Assembly: GCA_018066285.1 (NCBI GenBank)
Contig: JAGHRS010000024.1
Coordinates: forward strand, 1,279-65,278
Direction: 5' to 3'
Source of the DNA: Candidatus Treponema caballi
Lineage (GTDB): Bacteria; Spirochaetota; Spirochaetia; Treponematales; Treponemataceae
DNA: 64,000 bases
Shown here: piece after piece, positions 59,672-64,000 of the stretch
Numbering within the stretch: position 1 is the stretch's first letter
Layout of the letters: each line of letters begins with the position of its first letter
Made by a program: the position numbers and the translations under genes
Notes under the pieces: model-generated
What the model saw: the letters and a program-made list of their open reading frames with translations, nothing else
Told to the model about the DNA's origin: nothing
Database searches by the model: none

Positions 59672-60364
59672 CTAGTAGTATAGGTATTGTTCTATTCTAT
59701 CAACATACAGAAAAAAATCAAGGTCGGCCATATACTGACCATGGTCAATATAGATGCGCGGGGACTCATCTGCAAGCAGCAGGGAACCAGTCATTTCCCG
59801 CGGTTTGTTTTTTTCTGTTTTCTGAAGATATGCCCTTATAGCTGATTTTACAGCATCAGTGACAGCCTGCTTAATGCCCTCAGGTCCAAGTGTTGTTGAA
59901 GCAGAACCTTTTCCTTTTATCCTGACAATATTGATGGAATTCCACCATTTTTTCATCTGAATCTGCGAATCAGAGCGCATGTATTCCAGCCAGCAGGATG
60001 TGGTTGTGTCCGTTATTTCAGATTCAGTCCACTGGATTGCCGGATCATTGGGAGAAACTGTGGTTATGGGGATGCACTCGTAGAACTCAGAAACCTGGCG
60101 GATGGAATCTGATGGTGTATATGTTACGTTCCATCCATACAGCATGCCTTCAAGCATGAAAGGCGCAATCTCTTTCAGGTTGCGCACAGCAGACATGTAC
60201 AGTTCTTCTCCTTCTTTGGCAACATCGTTTCTTGAAGGATCTTCTTCAGTTGGAACCCAGAGCTGTACCCGGATTAATGGTGAAATCTCGCGTGCCTGAG
60301 CAGCAATCGGCATGCATTGCAGTAAGAGAAAGACAGACAGGATAAGCCAGCTGCAACGCTGCAT
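59672..60364 (-). CDS. Secreted hypothetical protein
   Basis: Preferred start ATG 60364 (MQRCSWLILSVFLLLQCMPIAAQA), 2 nt after the rhomboid stop. The ORF-track start at 60388 would overlap the rhomboid gene. Confidence 0.5.
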   Translation of the reverse strand: MQRCSWLILSVFLLLQCMPIAAQAREISPLIRVQLWVPTEEDPSRNDVAKEGEELYMSAVRNLKEIAPFMLEGMLYGWNVTYTPSDSIRQVSEFYECIPITTVSPNDPAIQWTESEITDTTTSCWLEYMRSDSQIQMKKWWNSINIVRIKGKGSASTTLGPEGIKQAVTDAVKSAIRAYLQKTEKNKPREMTGSLLLADESPRIYIDHGQYMADLDFFLYVDRIEQYLYY

Positions 60365-60366
60365 GA

Positions 60367-61014
60367 TCAGCGGTAAGCGTTTTTCCATACGCGCCAGGGA
60401 TGTACGTTCATCCGGATAAGAAGATAAAGCCAGGCAAATGCAAAGCCTGCAATATGCGTCATGTGTGCAACGCCGCCTCTCAGGTTCAGCAGCTGGTCGG
60501 CTATTTCAATGCCGGCATATACCGCAATAAGAATAGGCGCTGGAATGGGGAGAATGCCCCAGATGAAGATTTTTGCCCGTGGATAGATGACGGCATAGAC
60601 AAGCAGAACGGCGTACAGACAGCCGGAAGCGCCATACAGGAAAACTCCCCAGGCTCCTGACAGGAAATAAATGAGCAGGGATGCAAGTCCGCAGAAAAGC
60701 GCTGAAAGAATATACATCAGCAGGAACTCTCTGGAGCCGATTGCCTTTTCTACGGGGACGCCGAAGAACAGCAGGCCGAGCATGTTGAACAGCAGGTGCT
60801 GGATGCTCGAAAGGTCGTGGACGAAAGCGTACGTGAATACCTGCCAGTACATGCGCCAGTTCACGAGATTGTATGGATTCAATGCAAGATATGAAAGCCA
60901 GCGTGTGTTCATCCTGCAAAGGAGATAGACGCCGATGTTGATGCCAATGATGATGAGTGTTGCGTTCCAGTAAACGTAGCGGAACGGCTTACGAAGAAAG
61001 GATTGTCTGTTCAT
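60367..61014 (-). CDS. Rhomboid-family intramembrane serine protease
   Basis: 6 TM segments, HxxxN region (FVHDLSSIQHLLFNM), catalytic GASGCLY and downstream His (AHMTHIAGF). Confidence 0.85.
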   Translation of the reverse strand: MNRQSFLRKPFRYVYWNATLIIIGINIGVYLLCRMNTRWLSYLALNPYNLVNWRMYWQVFTYAFVHDLSSIQHLLFNMLGLLFFGVPVEKAIGSREFLLMYILSALFCGLASLLIYFLSGAWGVFLYGASGCLYAVLLVYAVIYPRAKIFIWGILPIPAPILIAVYAGIEIADQLLNLRGGVAHMTHIAGFAFAWLYLLIRMNVHPWRVWKNAYR

Positions 61015-62096
61015 GCAGTTTCACCGCTGAATAAGGTAACGCGGTTTCTGCCGCTGTTTTTTGAGATGTAAAGCGCCTGGTCTGCGTTGTCCACAAGCTG
61101 CTTTGCTGTAAGTTCCTGGTTTTCTGAAAGCACGGCGGCGCCAATGGAAATGGTTACGCTGAACTTCTTTCCTTCGTATTCGAACTCTTTCTTCTCAATG
61201 TTCTTCCGGATGCGTTCTGCAACCATCATGGCGGTAGACGTTTCAGTGTTGTTCAACATGACGACGAACTCTTCGCCGCCGTATCTTCCTGCAAGGTCAT
61301 GGGTCCTCACGCCTTCAGAAATGATATGCGCAACTTCCTGCAGGACGTAATCGCCGCATGCATGGCCGTATGTGTCGTTGAAGTTTTTGAAATGATCAAT
61401 GTCCAGCATCAGAACGGAAATCGGCGCACGCTGGCTTATGGAAATATCGAGCTTATCTGTAAGAACGTTGAAGAAGTAGTGCTTCAGTTTCAGATGCGTC
61501 ATCATATCCGTCGTTGTCATTTCAACCAGATTTGCGTTACCTATTGCAATGGCTGCTAGAGACGCGATTGATTGAATCTGATTACGTTCATAGATGCTGA
61601 ACCGTATGCCTTCGCCCAGATCAATGCGTTCGCCGAGAAGCAGGATACCGATGAGGCGGTTTTTCTGCTTGAGCGGCACAATGAGTGAGGGTTTGAGTGA
61701 AGTAATCTGCGGGATATCCTGAGAGCCCATTTCGTTGAACAGTTCTTTCAGGGTGAAAGTCCGTTCCACTTTTGTCAGAAACTGGATGAGCGGACTCTCT
61801 GTAGGAATTGAGTAGTCAATGAGTGGATCTGTATCAAGACCGGAATAGTAATCCTGCAGGGAATATGAGTCTGATTCAAAGTCACTGCAGACAAAAATAC
61901 CTGCGCCGAGGACGTGAACCTGACACATACAGATATACAGGATTGATTCTATAAGAGTGGAATAATCCAGAACTGAGCAAAGGCTTTTTGATATTTCGAG
62001 TAGCTGGGTCAAATCGTAAATTTTCTTTTCGTAATCAGCGACTTTATTTTTGAAAGAGGATTTTGAGCGTTTATTCTTTGTCGTTGAGGCTGCCAT
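61011..62096 (-). CDS. GAF-domain diguanylate cyclase (GGDEF, active-site GGEEF)
   Basis: N-terminal GAF-like region and C-terminal GRYGGEEFVVML with an RxxD-like I-site context. 4-nt overlap with the rhomboid gene. Confidence 0.85.
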   Translation of the reverse strand: MAASTTKNKRSKSSFKNKVADYEKKIYDLTQLLEISKSLCSVLDYSTLIESILYICMCQVHVLGAGIFVCSDFESDSYSLQDYYSGLDTDPLIDYSIPTESPLIQFLTKVERTFTLKELFNEMGSQDIPQITSLKPSLIVPLKQKNRLIGILLLGERIDLGEGIRFSIYERNQIQSIASLAAIAIGNANLVEMTTTDMMTHLKLKHYFFNVLTDKLDISISQRAPISVLMLDIDHFKNFNDTYGHACGDYVLQEVAHIISEGVRTHDLAGRYGGEEFVVMLNNTETSTAMMVAERIRKNIEKKEFEYEGKKFSVTISIGAAVLSENQELTAKQLVDNADQALYISKNSGRNRVTLFSGETA

Positions 62097-62098
62097 AA

Positions 62099-63679
62099 TT
62101 ACAATTCATCCCGGACTTCGCCAATTATAGCATAGTTCCTCATTATTTCAAGGAAGGTGTTCCACTGCGGCAATGAAACTTCAAGAGCGCCGGATTTTTC
62201 ACGATTGCGTGGTGACATGAACAGGACTTTAAGGTTGGAAACATGCTCTGGAGTGGATTTGTGTGAATCCGGAACAAGTTCCATAAGCCGGTTGTACAAC
62301 TGATAGAAGCAGGTCGTCTGCTCCTGGATATACTGTTTTGCGGCATTGTTTGCCTTATTGATGAGTGTAGAAAGGCTCTTCATGAACTCCGGATGAGCGT
62401 GACTGTCGCGGATAAATCCGGTAAGTACATCAACATCGAATTCACCGCCCTTGTCGAACATTTTTTCGAAGTTCTTCATCGTTTCTATGCTTTCGTTGCA
62501 TGCGTACACAATTGAAGAGAAATCAGTCTTATACTGCTGGTTATTGAAGAAGCCTTCTACTACAAGGTCATTGAGCAGACTCTGAGCAGATTCGTTATAG
62601 AAATATGTAATGAATGACTTAATGATCTGAACCGGAGTAATCCAAAGGAAAGAACCTGCGCCACATTCCTGAAAAACGGAATTATTGTCCTGATTATAAC
62701 CGAATACAGGCGTGAGTTCTTTTCCGGTAAACAGATCTTTCATTTCCTTGGCAATCTGTTCATCCTGAATTTCACTGGTAATACGTTCTGAATCAGTGGT
62801 GAACTGTCGTTTCATCTGCTCAATGTAACCAGGCATAATTTTCTTTTGAGGCACAGAAAGACGTGGCTCATAATGGGGATCCGTCTTGATGATGCGTAGC
62901 AGTGCAACCTGATTCTGTGGAGACAGAACTTTTGTCAGGATATTTGACATTTTTCTGAGATGTGAAAGCAGCTCTTCTGCCTGCCGGTCAGAGAAAGCGT
63001 CGTCATTAAAGCGTGTAGCCAGCGCGATGAGTGCCCGTCCCATTGAAGCTGTTATGGATGTATTACCTGTGACGAAATAGAAATCGAGCAGGAATTTTTC
63101 TATGTTTTCAATTGGGATGGAATTGAACGGTACCTGTTCTTCGGAAAGACCGTTGTAATCTGGATTAAACAGATGCAGCATGCTGACATAACTGTAGTTA
63201 CAGACATCATACAGCTGGAAGAGCGAAAGGATTGTCCGTTCTATCTGCGGGAAGAAACCTGAACCCATCTCCTTTATAAGGATTTCCAGATCTCGTTTCT
63301 GATTATCAATGACTTTCTGCGGGTTTTCAGCGGCAAAAAACTCTTCTTTCCGGACCTGATATGACAGTCTGTTTTTCTTTTCGAGCAGCTGGTCAGAAAA
63401 GCCTGTTTCAATGAGCAGACTGCTGTAATAGCTGGAAATCTTCTTATTTTCGCTGCAGAGTGTTTCTGAAAGCAGAGTGCAAACCGGTTTTGAGTGAACC
63501 TGCATCTGGCGGAAGGCTTCGGCCATATTAGGCATGGCAGTGCGGTTCTTGTAAATGTTGGGAGTATTTACCTTCAAATCCTGTTCAATTTTCCGGATTT
63601 CTGCGCGCTGATGTCCTTCAGGCTTTGATGAGAGAAAAAGTGAACCAAAAAAATCTATCAGTGAAGATAGCAGACCCAT
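62099..63679 (-). CDS. Hypothetical 526-aa protein (no recognised domain)
   Basis: Clean ORF that stops 2 nt before the GGDEF gene start. Helical by eye. Confidence 0.6.
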   Translation of the reverse strand: MGLLSSLIDFFGSLFLSSKPEGHQRAEIRKIEQDLKVNTPNIYKNRTAMPNMAEAFRQMQVHSKPVCTLLSETLCSENKKISSYYSSLLIETGFSDQLLEKKNRLSYQVRKEEFFAAENPQKVIDNQKRDLEILIKEMGSGFFPQIERTILSLFQLYDVCNYSYVSMLHLFNPDYNGLSEEQVPFNSIPIENIEKFLLDFYFVTGNTSITASMGRALIALATRFNDDAFSDRQAEELLSHLRKMSNILTKVLSPQNQVALLRIIKTDPHYEPRLSVPQKKIMPGYIEQMKRQFTTDSERITSEIQDEQIAKEMKDLFTGKELTPVFGYNQDNNSVFQECGAGSFLWITPVQIIKSFITYFYNESAQSLLNDLVVEGFFNNQQYKTDFSSIVYACNESIETMKNFEKMFDKGGEFDVDVLTGFIRDSHAHPEFMKSLSTLINKANNAAKQYIQEQTTCFYQLYNRLMELVPDSHKSTPEHVSNLKVLFMSPRNREKSGALEVSLPQWNTFLEIMRNYAIIGEVRDEL

Positions 63680-63691
63680 AACACATCCATT

Positions 63692-64000
63692 TTAATTTGA
63701 TATGGTTGATTTGACAATAAGCTCATTGAAAATTTGCTTATATTCAGACAATGTCGAACATTGCACTATTCTTGGCCTGAGCGCGGCGGCTCCGGTAATT
63801 CCCTTTGTGTAGCAGCAGAAGCGCTTCCGCATTTCACGGCAGGCGGCAACTTCGCCAATGTCAGCAATAAGCAGTTCGAGCTCATGCATGCCTGTCTTAA
63901 GCCGCGTTTCTGAAGGAATCGGGCTGAAAGCGCCTTTGGTAAGCAGGTCGCGCGTCTCGGTGAAAATGAACGGATTTCCCATTGCACCGCGTGCAAACAT
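63692..64000 (-). CDS. tRNA-dihydrouridine synthase, C-terminal part (5' end outside the window)
   Basis: ARGAMGNPFIF... followed by the helical tRNA-binding domain typical of DusB-like enzymes. The frame is open to the window edge. Confidence 0.8.
   Translation of the reverse strand: MFARGAMGNPFIFTETRDLLTKGAFSPIPSETRLKTGMHELELLIADIGEVAACREMRKRFCCYTKGITGAAALRPRIVQCSTLSEYKQIFNELIVKSTISN

Overview
The 64 kb window looks like a spirochaete chromosome, most likely Treponema-like. Supporting genes are a FlaB flagellin starting [12 protein letters not shown], FlgM, an archaeal-type PheS (518 aa) with an unlinked PheT, FtsK, HflX, TrkAH and LspA. I call about 60 CDS and 2 tRNAs, tRNA-CAU and tRNA-Ala(GGC). 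I see no rRNA, CRISPR array, transposase or integrase. Core genes include five RNA-modification enzymes (two SpoU/TrmH, RsmE, RsmI, Dus), a cell-wall cluster (LysM protein, Slt, deacetylase), PdxA-family, Cdd, dCMP deaminase, Sir2/CobB, Nif3, Nnr, a GH95 fucosidase plus SGNH esterase, and an ABC importer. c-di-GMP genes are frequent: two tandem HD-GYP paralogs, an HDOD protein, a GAF-GGDEF cyclase and a 7TM protein with a degenerate GGDEF. The accessory content lies at about 23.7-32.7 kb and holds two toxin-antitoxin pairs, a decayed gene, and AT-rich membrane and HD-GYP genes. The strongest second-look items are: (1) a DUF4258/MqsA-type TA cassette bracketed by perfect 59-bp direct repeats made of the tRNA-CAU 3' end plus its terminator, with no recombinase nearby; (2) an array of six palindromic TCATGGTAAA-N17-TTTACCATGA units, with related copies at about 22.0 kb and 53.6 kb; (3) a GC-rich ~40-60 bp repeat (core GCTTTCAAGGCAGGGCGCC) sitting in frame inside nnr at least four times, and also in the radical-SAM and GH95 genes; (4) a ~1.1 kb non-coding degenerate-repeat block after tRNA-Ala that starts with an inverted copy of the tRNA T-arm; (5) twin hairpins with identical AAGGAT loops next to flaB; (6) several genes whose -10 box lies 6-7 nt upstream of the start codon with no SD (candidate leaderless mRNAs). 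All calls rest on reading the sequence and ORF translations by eye. No database search was run, so family names are motif-based.
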